From a virus (taxonomy: Duplodnaviria > Caudoviricetes), in IMG/VR virus record IMGVR_UViG_3300042851_000008, positions 1 to 51,125 of that record: a stretch of DNA of 51,125 nt, one strand, 5' to 3'. Position numbers and translations under genes: made by a program. The notes below the pieces were generated by a model. The model ran no database searches. It had not been told where the DNA came from and saw only the letters and a program-made list of their open reading frames with translations. Every line of letters begins with the position of its first letter. Positions within the stretch are counted from its first letter, which is position 1. This document shows positions 7,529 through 17,579 of the stretch, piece by piece.

Positions 7529-9193
7529 ATGACCGACACCGCTCGGCCACCCCGAGACAACCTCGTCCGCGCCCTCCCCGGCAACTGCGAGCTCCGCTCC
7601 GCCAACGGCAAACCCGCCAAGCTCGTCGGGCACCTGCTCGTCTTCAACGAGTGGGCCGAGATCGACTCGCTCTACGAGGGGCACTTCATGGAGCGAAACG
7701 CGCCCGGCTGCGCCGCGAAGACGATCCTGGAGAACCGCGACCGGATGAGGGCGCTGTTCCACCACGGGAAGGACGCGCAGATCGGCTCGAAGCCTCTGGG
7801 CCCGATCGCGGTGCTGCGCGAAGACGGCGACGGTGTCTACTACGAGGTCGACCCTCTGCTCGACACGGCCTACAACGCCGAGCTGCTGCCAGGTCTGCGC
7901 GCCGGCGTCTACGGCTCCTCTTACCGCTTCGAGGTCATGCAGGACGAGTTCGAGCTCCGGCCGAAGCGGTCAGACCACAACCCGCAAGGTCTTCCCGAAA
8001 GGACGATCACCGAAGTCCGTATCCGGGAGTTCGGGCCGACACCGTGGCCCGCCTACCTAGGCGCGACGGCGAGCGCCCGCTCCCTCACCGACGAGGTCGC
8101 GTTCCGCGGTGCCGAGCCCGAACGGCGCGCGCAACTCCTCGGTGAGACCGACCTGGAACAACGAGACGTGAAGACCCGGCTGTACGAGCGGACATCGGAG
8201 GTGGTCGGCGACACAATCTGGGCGATCCACCCGGCCGCCCTCGCGACGATCGTCCAGATCATCGGCGAACGCCGTAGCGGCTACAAGCCGAGCCCGGAGG
8301 AGATCCGCGAGCGGATCGGCGCCCGCGACGAGCAGCCGACCCCCACATCAAGCTCGGTCGCTGTCATTCCGATCGTCGGGACGATCCTGCCCCGCGCGGA
8401 CTTCTTCTCCGAGGTCAGCGGCGGCGCCTCGATCGAGACCGTCCAGGCCGCGCTCCACGACGCGCTCGCCAACGACGACGTGCAGGCGATCCTGCTCAAC
8501 ATCGACTCGCCCGGCGGCTCCGTCGCCCTCGTCCCGGAGCTCGCGTCCGAGATCCTCGCCGCCCGCGGCTCCAAGCCGATCGTCGCAATCGCGAACACCT
8601 GGGCAGCCTCCGCCGGCTACTGGATCGCCAGCGCCGCAGACGAGCTCGTCGTGTCTCCGAGCGGCGAGGTCGGCTCGATCGGAGTCCTCACAGCCCACGA
8701 CGACATCTCCGCGATGCAGGAGAAGCTCGGCGTCAAGACCACCCTGGTGTCCGCCGCGAAGTACAAGGTCGAGCGGAACCCCTTCGAGCCGCTCTCCGAA
8801 GAGGCGCAGGGTGAGATGCAGCGGACGGTTGACTCTTACTACCGCATGTTCGTCGACGCCGTCGCGAAAGGCCGCGGCGTCACCGCGAAGGAGGTTCGCG
8901 CCGACTTCGGCGAAGGCCGCATGGTCATGGCCGTAGACGCTGTCGAGCGTGGCATGGCCGACAAGGTCGCGACGTTCAACCAAACCCTTGCCCGCCTCGA
9001 GAAGCAGGCGCGCACAACCCGAACCGAGCCGGAGCCCCCAGCGGCCACCACTCACGATATGCAGGAGCCGGAGCCGCCCGCGGCCACCGCTCCCGCAGCA
9101 GCACGCACGGAGCCGGAACCATCCGTGGTCACCACTCCAGTCCCCAGACCGCGCCTTCAGGGCGCAGACAGAGAGGAGTGGAGGCTGCCATGA
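7529..9193 (+). CDS. Prohead protease: HK97-type (S78) domain fused to S49/SppA-type peptidase
   Basis: N-half: LVGHLLVFN, ALFHHG, GSSYRF, REFGPTPWPAY. C-half: LNIDSPGG, AASAGYWIASAAD, GSIGV. Confidence 0.9.
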   Translation: MTDTARPPRDNLVRALPGNCELRSANGKPAKLVGHLLVFNEWAEIDSLYEGHFMERNAPGCAAKTILENRDRMRALFHHGKDAQIGSKPLGPIAVLREDGDGVYYEVDPLLDTAYNAELLPGLRAGVYGSSYRFEVMQDEFELRPKRSDHNPQGLPERTITEVRIREFGPTPWPAYLGATASARSLTDEVAFRGAEPERRAQLLGETDLEQRDVKTRLYERTSEVVGDTIWAIHPAALATIVQIIGERRSGYKPSPEEIRERIGARDEQPTPTSSSVAVIPIVGTILPRADFFSEVSGGASIETVQAALHDALANDDVQAILLNIDSPGGSVALVPELASEILAARGSKPIVAIANTWAASAGYWIASAADELVVSPSGEVGSIGVLTAHDDISAMQEKLGVKTTLVSAAKYKVERNPFEPLSEEAQGEMQRTVDSYYRMFVDAVAKGRGVTAKEVRADFGEGRMVMAVDAVERGMADKVATFNQTLARLEKQARTTRTEPEPPAATTHDMQEPEPPAATAPAAARTEPEPSVVTTPVPRPRLQGADREEWRLP

Positions 9194-10674
9194 AAACGGC
9201 AACCGGCACCGAAGACGAAGGCGAGCGTCCCAAGACGCTCGACGAGCACAAGATCAGGCTCGGCGAGATCGAGACCCGCCAGAAGGAGCTCGACGCCGAA
9301 TACGCCGGGCAGGCGTTCCCCGACGACGTCAAGGCCGAGTTCGAGAAGCTCCAGCAGGGCAAGAAGGAAGCGGAGCGAACGATCGCCGAGCTCGAGACCC
9401 GCCGGTCGTGGGTCGAGGAGTCGGCCGCCAAGGAGGACAGCACCGAGGACGGCGCGTCGTTTCTGACCGCCCGTCCCGGCGTCGTCCGCGGCGACGACAT
9501 CTGGGACCTCAGCACCATCCGCGGCAGCATGGGCGGAGACCGCGATGGGATGCTCAGCGAGCTCCACGATCGCGCGAAGCGGGCGATCGATATCGCGACC
9601 TTCCCCGACGAGCGCGTCCGCAAGGAAGAGGCGCAGACGCACATCGAGCGGCTGCTCCAGCGTGACTCGGCCGACGGGGAGCTCGGCCGGCGGATCCTCG
9701 TCACGGGACGGCCCGCATACCGCAAGGCGTTCGCGAAGTGGGCGGCCGGGCAGCCGATGACGAACGAGGAACAGCGCGCGTTCTCACTCGGCACGACCGG
9801 CATCCCGATCCCGTACGTCCTCGACCCGACCGTGATCCCGGTCTCGTCGAGCGTCGTGAACCCGCTCCGGGCGATCTCGAACGTCGAGCAGATCGTCGGG
9901 TCGAACGAGTGGCGGGGCGTCACCGCCGCGGCGATCACCGCCGCGCGCGCGTCGGAGGGCACCGAGGCATCCGACAACACGCCGACCCTCGCGCAGCCGA
10001 CGATCGTCTGCTCGAAGGTGCAGGCGTTCGTGCCGTTCTCGATCGAGTCGCAGCAGGACTGGTCGAGCCTCGAGGCGAACATGGGCAGGCTCTTCGCCGA
10101 CGCGAAGGACGACGAGGAAGCGACCGCGTTCGCGACCGGCAACGGCACCCCGCCGAACCCGTTCGGCGTCCTCACCGGCGCCTCCGGCACCACCGCCGCA
10201 GCGACCGGCCTGACGGTCACGGCCGCGAACCTGTACTCGCTCGAAGGGGCGCTCGCCCCACGGTTCCGGCCCCGGGCGCAGTTCGTCGCGAATCGGGCGA
10301 TCTACAACATCATCCGGGCACTCGACACCGCCGGCGGCGCCCAGCTGTGGCTCCGCATCGGCGAGCTCATGGCGAACCAGCCGGCCTCCGACGGAGGCCG
10401 CGGCAACACGGGGCTGCGGCTGCTCGGCTACCCCGTCAACGAACTGTCGACGATGTCCGCGACGGTCGTGAACACCACGAAGATCATGCTGATCGGTGAC
10501 TTCTCGATGTTCAAGATCATCGACCGGGTCGGCATGACCGTCGAGCTCGTCCCGCAGTTGTTCGGGGCCACGTCCCGGTACCCGACGGGCCAGAGGGGCC
10601 TGTACGCGTACTGGCGCAACGGCTCGAAGGTCATCGACGCAGTCGCGTTCCGCGCGCTGACCGGCACCACGTAA
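9190..10674 (+). CDS. Major capsid protein (HK97 fold, N-terminal delta domain)
   Basis: Position, coiled-coil N-terminus, ASEG, GNGT...P.GVL, LLGYPV, IGDFS...IIDR. Confidence 0.93.
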   Translation: MKTATGTEDEGERPKTLDEHKIRLGEIETRQKELDAEYAGQAFPDDVKAEFEKLQQGKKEAERTIAELETRRSWVEESAAKEDSTEDGASFLTARPGVVRGDDIWDLSTIRGSMGGDRDGMLSELHDRAKRAIDIATFPDERVRKEEAQTHIERLLQRDSADGELGRRILVTGRPAYRKAFAKWAAGQPMTNEEQRAFSLGTTGIPIPYVLDPTVIPVSSSVVNPLRAISNVEQIVGSNEWRGVTAAAITAARASEGTEASDNTPTLAQPTIVCSKVQAFVPFSIESQQDWSSLEANMGRLFADAKDDEEATAFATGNGTPPNPFGVLTGASGTTAAATGLTVTAANLYSLEGALAPRFRPRAQFVANRAIYNIIRALDTAGGAQLWLRIGELMANQPASDGGRGNTGLRLLGYPVNELSTMSATVVNTTKIMLIGDFSMFKIIDRVGMTVELVPQLFGATSRYPTGQRGLYAYWRNGSKVIDAVAFRALTGTT

Positions 10675-10687
10675 ACCGAACCTCGAA

Positions 10688-10713
10688 GGGGGCGGGCCAG
10701 CGAGCCCGCCCCC
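10688..10713 (+). terminator. GC-rich hairpin after the capsid gene
   Basis: GGGGGCGGGC-CAGCGA-GCCCGCCCCC, a 10-bp stem with no U-tract. Confidence 0.55.
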
Positions 10714-10738
10714 ACCTCGCGCAACAGGGAAGGACCAG

Positions 10739-10981
10739 ATGCCCAAGAAGAAGATCGAGTACTACGAGGCGACCGAGGCGTTCGGCACCATGCTCGACGG
10801 CGAGCAGATCACCGTCCACGCCGGCGAGCTCGTCCCGGCGGGGCATCCGCTGCTGAAGCGTCGGATGGATCACTTCAAGCCGGTGTCGTCGTTCGGCCGC
10901 TTCGACGTGCCAGTCGCGGCGGAGGAGCCTGAGGTGGAGCAGGCCACGAGCGAACCTGGCGAGAAGCGCGGCGGCAAGTGA
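10739..10981 (+). CDS. Small capsid-associated hypothetical protein
   Basis: GGAAGG RBS; 'VEQATSEPGEKR' C-terminus resembles actinophage post-capsid proteins. Confidence 0.75.
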   Translation: MPKKKIEYYEATEAFGTMLDGEQITVHAGELVPAGHPLLKRRMDHFKPVSSFGRFDVPVAAEEPEVEQATSEPGEKRGGK

Positions 10982-11073
10982 TCGCCGCCGGTCAGCTGAC
11001 CCTGACGTGGGTGGACGCGCTGGTCGTCGTGTGCATCGCGTTCGTCGTGTCCCTGGTGGCGCGGCGGCTGTGA
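10978..11073 (+). CDS. 31-aa single-TM peptide
   Basis: MIAAGQLTLTWVDALVVVCIAFVVSLVARRL; GTGA-coupled on both sides. Confidence 0.55.
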   Translation: MIAAGQLTLTWVDALVVVCIAFVVSLVARRL

Positions 11074-11366
11074 CCGCGGGGGCTCAGGGGGCTCGCGCCG
11101 TCCTCGGCGGTGTCGCCACCGTCCACTGCGTCCATGACCGGCAGAAGCGGCAGGTCGTGACGGAGGCGCAGGTCGCACGGCTGGCGCTGGTCGCTGGCAT
11201 CGTCTACGACCCCAAGCAGCACCGGATCCACCGCTGCGCCTGCTGCGCCAACCTCTTCGTCGACCCGTCCGACGAGCCCCGCTACTGCAGCTTCTGCACG
11301 GTGAAGCCGCTCGCGCACCCTCTCGGCGGGCCGCTCGCCGCACCGCTCGGAGAAGTCGATGCGTGA
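11070..11366 (+). CDS. Zn-ribbon hypothetical protein
   Basis: CACC...CSFC; GTG at 11070. Confidence 0.6.
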   Translation: MTAGAQGARAVLGGVATVHCVHDRQKRQVVTEAQVARLALVAGIVYDPKQHRIHRCACCANLFVDPSDEPRYCSFCTVKPLAHPLGGPLAAPLGEVDA

Positions 11367-11376
11367 GCCGATAGTC
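11367..11376 (+). promoter_or_regulatory. Late-promoter-like motif GCCGATAGTC
   Basis: 10 nt before ATG 11387. Confidence 0.7.
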
Positions 11377-11386
11377 GGAGGGGACG

Positions 11387-11677
11387 ATGGCTAAAGACCA
11401 GATCCTGTACGTCTGCAAGACCCCGACCTGCGCGCTCGGCACGCACGCGCAGCTCGGCAGGTTCACGAGCGGCCTCCACGCCCTGACGCGGCACCTCCGC
11501 ACTGGGGAGCCGCTCGAGTCGCTCGTCGAGGGTGAGCATTACGGGGAAGGCTTCTGCCCCGAGTGCATGCAGCCCGGCGAGAAGTTCGACCCGGCGAAAG
11601 CGAAGGCCGCAGCGAGCGCCGACGCGAAAGCTCAGCACGCCTTGCACCTGAAGGCGATCGAGGAGGGGGCGGGGTAA
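11387..11677 (+). CDS. Hypothetical Zn-binding protein
   Basis: CKTPTC...CPEC; GGAGG RBS. Confidence 0.7.
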   Translation: MAKDQILYVCKTPTCALGTHAQLGRFTSGLHALTRHLRTGEPLESLVEGEHYGEGFCPECMQPGEKFDPAKAKAAASADAKAQHALHLKAIEEGAG

Positions 11678-12109
11678 ATGGCGCAGATCATGCCCGACGA
11701 GGGCTTGGACATCGTCCTCGGCCAGTTCCCGTTCAACACCGCGAAGTACACGTCGCCGCTCAACTGCGGCCTGTTCAAGTCGCAGACGAACACGACCGTC
11801 ATCACGCACGCGCAGACGCTGTCGAGCATCACCGCCACGACCTACACGAGCTACGCGGTGCAGACGCTGGCAGCCGCCACCTGGGGCGCCGCGGCGGAGC
11901 GGCCGACGAACCTCGGCCGGCAACAGACGTATCCGCAGCTGACTTTCCCGACGTGCGGCGCGACCGGCGACACGATCAACGGCGCGTACATCATGGACAA
12001 CGCGTCCGCGAAGGCGATCGGCCAGAACAACTTCGACGACGGCCTCGCCGTGGTTCTCGCGCTCAACGACGTCCTCAAGTACACGCCCACCATCGCGTAC
12101 CTCCACTAG
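11678..12109 (+). CDS. Virion structural protein (fibre-associated)
   Basis: Thr/Ala-rich beta-type sequence (YAVQTL...TW...LTFP...TING) resembling phage fibre-attachment proteins. Confidence 0.6.
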   Translation: MAQIMPDEGLDIVLGQFPFNTAKYTSPLNCGLFKSQTNTTVITHAQTLSSITATTYTSYAVQTLAAATWGAAAERPTNLGRQQTYPQLTFPTCGATGDTINGAYIMDNASAKAIGQNNFDDGLAVVLALNDVLKYTPTIAYLH

Positions 12110-12116
12110 GGGTCAG

Positions 12117-13994
12117 ATGGCTGGCGAGAGTCTGCGGGCCCTGATGCCAGAAGGGTCGGGGACGCACATCTACTACGTGGACTCGCTCAACGGGTCCGAC
12201 GGCAACGCGGGGTCGCTCGCAGCTCCTTTCCAGTCGATCACGAAGGCGATCTCTGTGTTGGTCGCCGGGGATTTCGTCTATCTCCGTTCGCACCAGGGTC
12301 AGGTCTACCGTCCCGCCCCCGGCAAGCTCGTGATCGGCGCTGGCACGTCGAGCCTGACCTTCACCGAGGTCGCCAGCCCGTCCGGGCCGGTGACGCGGAT
12401 CCGTCTGCGCCAGTCAGGAGCGGGCGTCACCGTCACCGTCTACGGCAATGACATCGACATCGCTTTTGCGGCTGGGCAAACGGCGAATCAGGTCAAGACC
12501 GCGTTCGACGCCGTCGGCGCGGCCACCGCTCTCTGCTCCTGCGCGTCGGGCGGCGCGGGCGCGGTTTCGGCCGTGGCCTGGATCGGGGCCGACACGGGTG
12601 CGATGAAAGACCCCTACGCCACGAGCCCCAACGTGCTCATCTACGGCGTCCATTCCCACGCGATCTACGTCGGCGGCAGCCTGGGAGGCACCCCGCCGTC
12701 GACTTGCAACCCGATCACCATCGAGACCTATCCGGTCGACCTCGCCAACGGTTTCAGCAGAGCGATCATTTCGCCGCGCGCCGGAATGTCCAGCCCGACA
12801 CCCAAGAACGAAACCGGCTCGGACGGTGTCACCGCCGCGACCCTGTTGGGCACGAACGTCCCCGGCGGCACCGGGCAGATCACATTGGTCAAGGCGAGCC
12901 ACTGGCCTAGCCAGGGCACCTTCACGCTCGCCGGGATCACCGGGCTGATCCACTACACCGGTCGCACCGGCGACACGCTCACCGGCCTCCACGACGGCGG
13001 AACCGCGATCTCCGGGACCGTCTCGGCGAGCGGCCTCGCCACCCACAGCGGACGGCTGAGCGACGTCTACTGCATGCTGCACCAGAAGGGCGATCTCACC
13101 TACCCGGACGCGTCTCGCGTCAGAAACGTAATCATCACAGGCCAGACCGGCAACCGCGGCACCGCGATGTGGTTCGGCGGCAACGGCACAACCGACGGCA
13201 CAACGTATTGCGAGTACTACGGGGTCGAGGCGTACGGCAACTACTACCAGGCTTTCAGTTGCGACAACGCGAGCGCCAACAACTACCTGATCAACTGCTA
13301 CTCGCACGACAACGGGACGGGGCAGGCCAGCTCTCCGTCCAACCTCCTGACCGCACCCGACTCGCAGCAGCACGGCTCTTACATGGAGGGCAACAACCAT
13401 CTGATCCTGAACTGCGTTATCCGGGACAACCCTTGGGGCTGCGGATTTCAGCAGCGCGTGGCGGGCTCCGGGACGATAGTCGCGCACTGCACGATCGTTC
13501 GCAACGGCTGGGGCACCGGATCAACGATCGGGGACGGGATCATCCTCGACTCGATCACCAACATAACGATCAAAAACTGCGTCATCTACGACCAGTGGCG
13601 CTACTCGATGCACGAGAACACGCTGCTCCCAGCGAACGCGGTCACCGAGGACCACAACATCCTCTCCCAGCTCGGCGCGCTCGGCGTGAACAACAACTAC
13701 TACGCCGACAACACCGGTACCGGGCAGAGCACACCGTTCGCGGCTTGGGACGAGAGCGGCGGCGGCGTGACGCGACTCACCAGCGACCCGGGCTTCGCGA
13801 ACTACGCGAGCCGCGACCTGCACCCGGTCCCGCGCAGCGCGATCGATCTACAGTCGGTCGACACACGCTACTCGCCCGCCGAGGACTTCGACGGCGACAC
13901 CAGGACCAGGTACACCGCGGGCGCATTCGAGGTCGCGCAACTCGACCGGCCCGACTACGCCGCGTTCCCGAAAGCGCTACCTGGGAGGCTCTGA
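12117..13994 (+). CDS. Right-handed beta-helix (pectin-lyase-like) virion protein / depolymerase candidate
   Basis: YYVDSLNGSDGNAGSLAAPFQSITKA start, Asn-ladder repeats, DPGFANYASRDLH...DFDGDTR...AGAFE end. Confidence 0.8.
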   Translation: MAGESLRALMPEGSGTHIYYVDSLNGSDGNAGSLAAPFQSITKAISVLVAGDFVYLRSHQGQVYRPAPGKLVIGAGTSSLTFTEVASPSGPVTRIRLRQSGAGVTVTVYGNDIDIAFAAGQTANQVKTAFDAVGAATALCSCASGGAGAVSAVAWIGADTGAMKDPYATSPNVLIYGVHSHAIYVGGSLGGTPPSTCNPITIETYPVDLANGFSRAIISPRAGMSSPTPKNETGSDGVTAATLLGTNVPGGTGQITLVKASHWPSQGTFTLAGITGLIHYTGRTGDTLTGLHDGGTAISGTVSASGLATHSGRLSDVYCMLHQKGDLTYPDASRVRNVIITGQTGNRGTAMWFGGNGTTDGTTYCEYYGVEAYGNYYQAFSCDNASANNYLINCYSHDNGTGQASSPSNLLTAPDSQQHGSYMEGNNHLILNCVIRDNPWGCGFQQRVAGSGTIVAHCTIVRNGWGTGSTIGDGIILDSITNITIKNCVIYDQWRYSMHENTLLPANAVTEDHNILSQLGALGVNNNYYADNTGTGQSTPFAAWDESGGGVTRLTSDPGFANYASRDLHPVPRSAIDLQSVDTRYSPAEDFDGDTRTRYTAGAFEVAQLDRPDYAAFPKALPGRL

Positions 13995-14824
13995 TGCTCA
14001 ACCTCGTCGCGACAACCGACAAGCTCCAAGTCATCACCGGCCAGGCAGGCACCGTCGACGTTCACACCTCGTTCGTCGATCTCCCTGCCGGTGCGAGCCC
14101 GGTGCCGGTGCCGGGGAAACAGAACACCGCCGCGATCGCAACGGCGACGACAACCGACGTCGTGGCGGCCCCCGCAGCCTCCACGTTCAGGAACGTCAAG
14201 ACCCTCCACGTCTGCAACACCCACGCGACCGTCACGAACGACATCACCGTCCAGTACAACCAGAACGCCACCCTAATCCAGCTTTACAAGGTAACGCTCG
14301 CCCCCGGCGACGCGCTCGAGTACATCGAGGGCGTCGGCTTCTTCGTCTCCCGCGCCGCCACTAAGCTCGACGCGAAGCTCCGTGCCGGTGCCGACGTCAT
14401 CAACGCGACGACTTCGTTCGCTGACATCACCGGCCTCACCTGCCCCGTCGTGTCGGGGAAGCACTACTGTTTCGAGGCGCACCTCTACCACATCGAGAAC
14501 GCGTCCACGACCGGCGCGCAGTTCGCCATCGGCGGGGTCGCGATGACCGCCATGCGGCTCCAAGAAATGGGCGCTTTCGCGGGGTCTATCACGGCCCAGA
14601 CGATGCAGGGCAACCTCGCGGACGTGACAGCGATCAACACGGCGGCCCTCGTCGCCACGTCCTCGGCAGCAACGCCGCAAGTGGTGCTCGCGATCCTCTC
14701 GGGCTGGTTCAACCCGTCCGCGACCGGCACGTTTGCCGTGCGATGCGCGTCAGAGGTAGCCGTCGCGGCAGGGATTACGGTCAAGCAGGGATCGTGGGCG
14801 AGAGTCTGGGAAACGGATAACTAG
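13994..14824 (+). CDS. Virion structural/fibre protein
   Basis: ATG at 13994 (TGATG coupling); TTSFADITGLT...GTFAVRCASE-type fibre domain. Confidence 0.7.
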   Translation: MLNLVATTDKLQVITGQAGTVDVHTSFVDLPAGASPVPVPGKQNTAAIATATTTDVVAAPAASTFRNVKTLHVCNTHATVTNDITVQYNQNATLIQLYKVTLAPGDALEYIEGVGFFVSRAATKLDAKLRAGADVINATTSFADITGLTCPVVSGKHYCFEAHLYHIENASTTGAQFAIGGVAMTAMRLQEMGAFAGSITAQTMQGNLADVTAINTAALVATSSAATPQVVLAILSGWFNPSATGTFAVRCASEVAVAAGITVKQGSWARVWETDN

Positions 14825-14827
14825 ACC

Positions 14828-16216
14828 GTGCTCGGGACGTTCGATTCCGAGCTCCACCCTGAAGCCTGGTACGACGATGTCATTGTCCCGGTCGGCTGGT
14901 TCGACCCCGAGCTCATTGATCTCACAGCAGCAGGGACGACCTATCAGAAGACGGGCGCGATCATCGCGGGTGCGCTTCTCGCCGGCGCCGACGTTGCCAC
15001 ACACGCCGAGACAGGTGCGGTCACGACGGCCGGGAGCACATCCGGTGCGGACGCGGCGACGCTCAACCGGGCCGGATCCGTAACCACATCCGGCCTGGTG
15101 TCGGGTGCGGACGCCGCTACGCTCGGCCGCGCCGGCTCGGTCACAACCGGCGGGTACATGAGCGGCGCGGATGTCTACACCTCCACCGAGGCGGGCAGCG
15201 TCACCACCGGCGGGCTCCTAGCGGGGCCGTCGCAGAAGATCCCCGGCGGCAAGACCGGCGCGATCACCGCCGGCGGCTCGGTGTCCGGGGCCGATGTCGC
15301 GGAGCACACCGAAACCGCCGCCCTGATCGCAGGCACGTTCGGCAGCGGCGCCGACGTCGCGGAGCACGCCGAAGCCGGGAGCCTGACCGCGAGCGGCCTC
15401 GCCTCCGGCGCCGACGCGGCCACCCTCAACCGGACGGGCAGCCTGACTCCCGCGGGACTCGTCTCCGGTGCGGACGCGCGCACCGCCGCAGAGACCGGAA
15501 CTGTCTCGGCCGCCGGCAGCGTGTCGGGGGCCGACGCGACCGAACACAGCGAAACCGGGACAGTCCAGGCCAGCGGCCTCTCGGGCGGAGCCGACGCGGC
15601 CGAGCACACTGAGTCGGGCGCCATCGCCGCCGGCGCTCTCGCTAGCGGCGCCGACACGTACATCAGCACCGAGACTGGAGCGATCACCGCGGGCGGGCTC
15701 CTCGCCGGGGCGGATGCGCGCACGGCGGCCGAGTCCGGCACCATCAGTACGCAGGGACTTCTCAGCGGCGTCGCGAACAAGGCGGGCACGCAGTCGAAGA
15801 CCGGGTCGATCACCGCAGGCGGCTTCGTCGCGGGCGCGGACGCCGCAGCGCTCGGAAGGTCGGGCGCCGTCACCGCCGGCGGGCTCCTGTCGGGCGGCAG
15901 GATCCGCGAACGCGCCAAGACCGGCGCTGTCACGGCGGGCGCACTGCTCTCCGGCGCCGACGCCTACACGAGCGCGGAGACCGGCACGGTCGCCGCCGGC
16001 ACCCTGCTGTCGGGCAGCCGCGCCAAGGTCTCGACGAAGTCGGGGGCGGTCACCACGTACGGGTACTTCAGCGGTGCCAGTCTGCGTGTCGGCGCCGCGG
16101 GCCTCCCCGGCGATGTGGAGCTCGCGGACCGGGCGACCGCGACGGTCACCTTCACGAGCAGTCCCGCTGCGGTCACCGTGACCGAGAACCAGGCAGGCTC
16201 CGTCACCGTCGCTTAG
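14828..16216 (+). CDS. Gly/Ala/Thr-rich ~19-aa repeat protein (fibre-like)
   Basis: About 20 tandem units resembling ETGAVTAGGLLSGADAATL. Confidence 0.8.
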   Translation: MLGTFDSELHPEAWYDDVIVPVGWFDPELIDLTAAGTTYQKTGAIIAGALLAGADVATHAETGAVTTAGSTSGADAATLNRAGSVTTSGLVSGADAATLGRAGSVTTGGYMSGADVYTSTEAGSVTTGGLLAGPSQKIPGGKTGAITAGGSVSGADVAEHTETAALIAGTFGSGADVAEHAEAGSLTASGLASGADAATLNRTGSLTPAGLVSGADARTAAETGTVSAAGSVSGADATEHSETGTVQASGLSGGADAAEHTESGAIAAGALASGADTYISTETGAITAGGLLAGADARTAAESGTISTQGLLSGVANKAGTQSKTGSITAGGFVAGADAAALGRSGAVTAGGLLSGGRIRERAKTGAVTAGALLSGADAYTSAETGTVAAGTLLSGSRAKVSTKSGAVTTYGYFSGASLRVGAAGLPGDVELADRATATVTFTSSPAAVTVTENQAGSVTVA

Positions 16217-16219
16217 AGA

Positions 16220-16229
16220 GCCGATAGTC
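16220..16229 (+). promoter_or_regulatory. Late-promoter-like motif GCCGATAGTC
   Basis: 7 nt before GTG 16237. Confidence 0.7.
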
Positions 16230-16236
16230 CACGGTC

Positions 16237-17154
16237 GTGGCGCTCCCGCATCACGACATCGGCGACCTCATCCCGGTCAGCGCCACCTTCAAGAACGCCG
16301 CCGGCACGGCGACCGACCCGACCACGATCACCTTCAAGCTCCAAAGCCCCGCCGCCGTGGTCACCAGCTACGTGTACCCGACCGACGCGCAACTCGTCCG
16401 CGACAGCGCCGGCGTCTACCACGTCGACGTTCCCCTAGCGGCTGCCGGCGTCTGGTACTACCGCTTCGAGGGCACAGGCGCAGTCGCCGCAACCGAGGAC
16501 GGCGTCCTCATCGCCGACCCGTCACCGTTCTACGCCACAGGCCTCTCCACCCGCGCCCTCTGCACACTCGAGGACGCGAAGCTGTACGCGAAGGTCGCCC
16601 TCAACCAGACCGACGCCGACAGCGAGCTCATCAACCTCATCAACGCGGCGTCCGACGCGATCCTCGACCTGGCCGACCGCGAGTTCAAGGTCGACGGCAC
16701 GAACCCGCAGACGAGGAAGTTCGACTTCCCCGAGGCGCTCACGCCGCTGCGGCGCGCGCACCTGCTGACGCTCGGCGACCTCACCACCCGCACCTCCGTC
16801 ACGATCAAGAACCGCATCGACGGCACCACCGTCCAGTCGATGCTCACCGCCGACATCGACGACCTCCCGCGCGTCCGCCGCTCCTGGCAGCCGATCACGT
16901 CGCTGCGGCTGCGCAACCTCTCCTACTCGGACGACTACTACGCCGAGGTCGTCGGCAACTGGGGCTTCCCACTGGTGCCACCGAAGATCCGGCAGGCGTG
17001 CAAGGTCACGGTGGCGACGTGGTTCGACCGGGACATCCGCACGTTCAGCGAGACGTTCTCGATCGAGGAAGGCCGGATCGAGCTGCCGCGGGAGCTGCCC
17101 CGGCAGGTGTACGACACGGTGATCGGCTACCGAACCCGGGCGCTCGTGGCCTGA
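16237..17154 (+). CDS. Head-tail adaptor with N-terminal Ig-like domain
   Basis: LCTLEDAKLY...LINLINAASDAI and WGFPLVPPKIRQAC (gp6/gp15-like) preceded by a beta domain. Confidence 0.8.
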   Translation: MALPHHDIGDLIPVSATFKNAAGTATDPTTITFKLQSPAAVVTSYVYPTDAQLVRDSAGVYHVDVPLAAAGVWYYRFEGTGAVAATEDGVLIADPSPFYATGLSTRALCTLEDAKLYAKVALNQTDADSELINLINAASDAILDLADREFKVDGTNPQTRKFDFPEALTPLRRAHLLTLGDLTTRTSVTIKNRIDGTTVQSMLTADIDDLPRVRRSWQPITSLRLRNLSYSDDYYAEVVGNWGFPLVPPKIRQACKVTVATWFDRDIRTFSETFSIEEGRIELPRELPRQVYDTVIGYRTRALVA

Positions 17155-17579
17155 TGCCGCCGCTGTCCGTGAAGGTCGAGGTCTCGCCGAAGCTGCTCGG
17201 CCTCGCGAATGAGCTGCAGAAGCGGACGCCCCGGCTGTACGCGGAGGCGGCGAAGGGGATGCGCGATGAGGTCGCCCGGAAAGCGCCGGGCGGTCCTGCC
17301 GGGAAGATCGGCCGGTCGTTCCGTGCGGTCGGGCCATTGGTCGTTTCGTCGAGTCCTGCCGCCCATGCGCTCGAGGGGGGCGCGTACATCAAGGCCAAGA
17401 ACAACCGTCGGACGACGGGTGGCCGCCGCGGCGTGATCCGGTTCCAGGGGGATGACGGGCCCGTGTACCGCATGGGGGTGAAGATCCCGGCGAAGCACTA
17501 CGTGCGGAAGGCGCTGGTGCGTCGCAAGTCGATCATCGACAAGGCCGTCCGGAAGGTGTACGGGGACCTGCTCGGATGA
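17154..17579 (+). CDS. Tail completion / HK97 gp10-like protein
   Basis: Basic protein with AHALEGG and IPAKHYVRKAL; position in neck module. Confidence 0.7.
   Translation: MPPLSVKVEVSPKLLGLANELQKRTPRLYAEAAKGMRDEVARKAPGGPAGKIGRSFRAVGPLVVSSSPAAHALEGGAYIKAKNNRRTTGGRRGVIRFQGDDGPVYRMGVKIPAKHYVRKALVRRKSIIDKAVRKVYGDLLG

Noticed and set aside
14828-16216. ~57-bp DNA repeats as a DGR or non-coding array
   Set aside because: The repeats are in frame with synonymous variation, so they are protein repeats; no reverse transcriptase is present in the genome.
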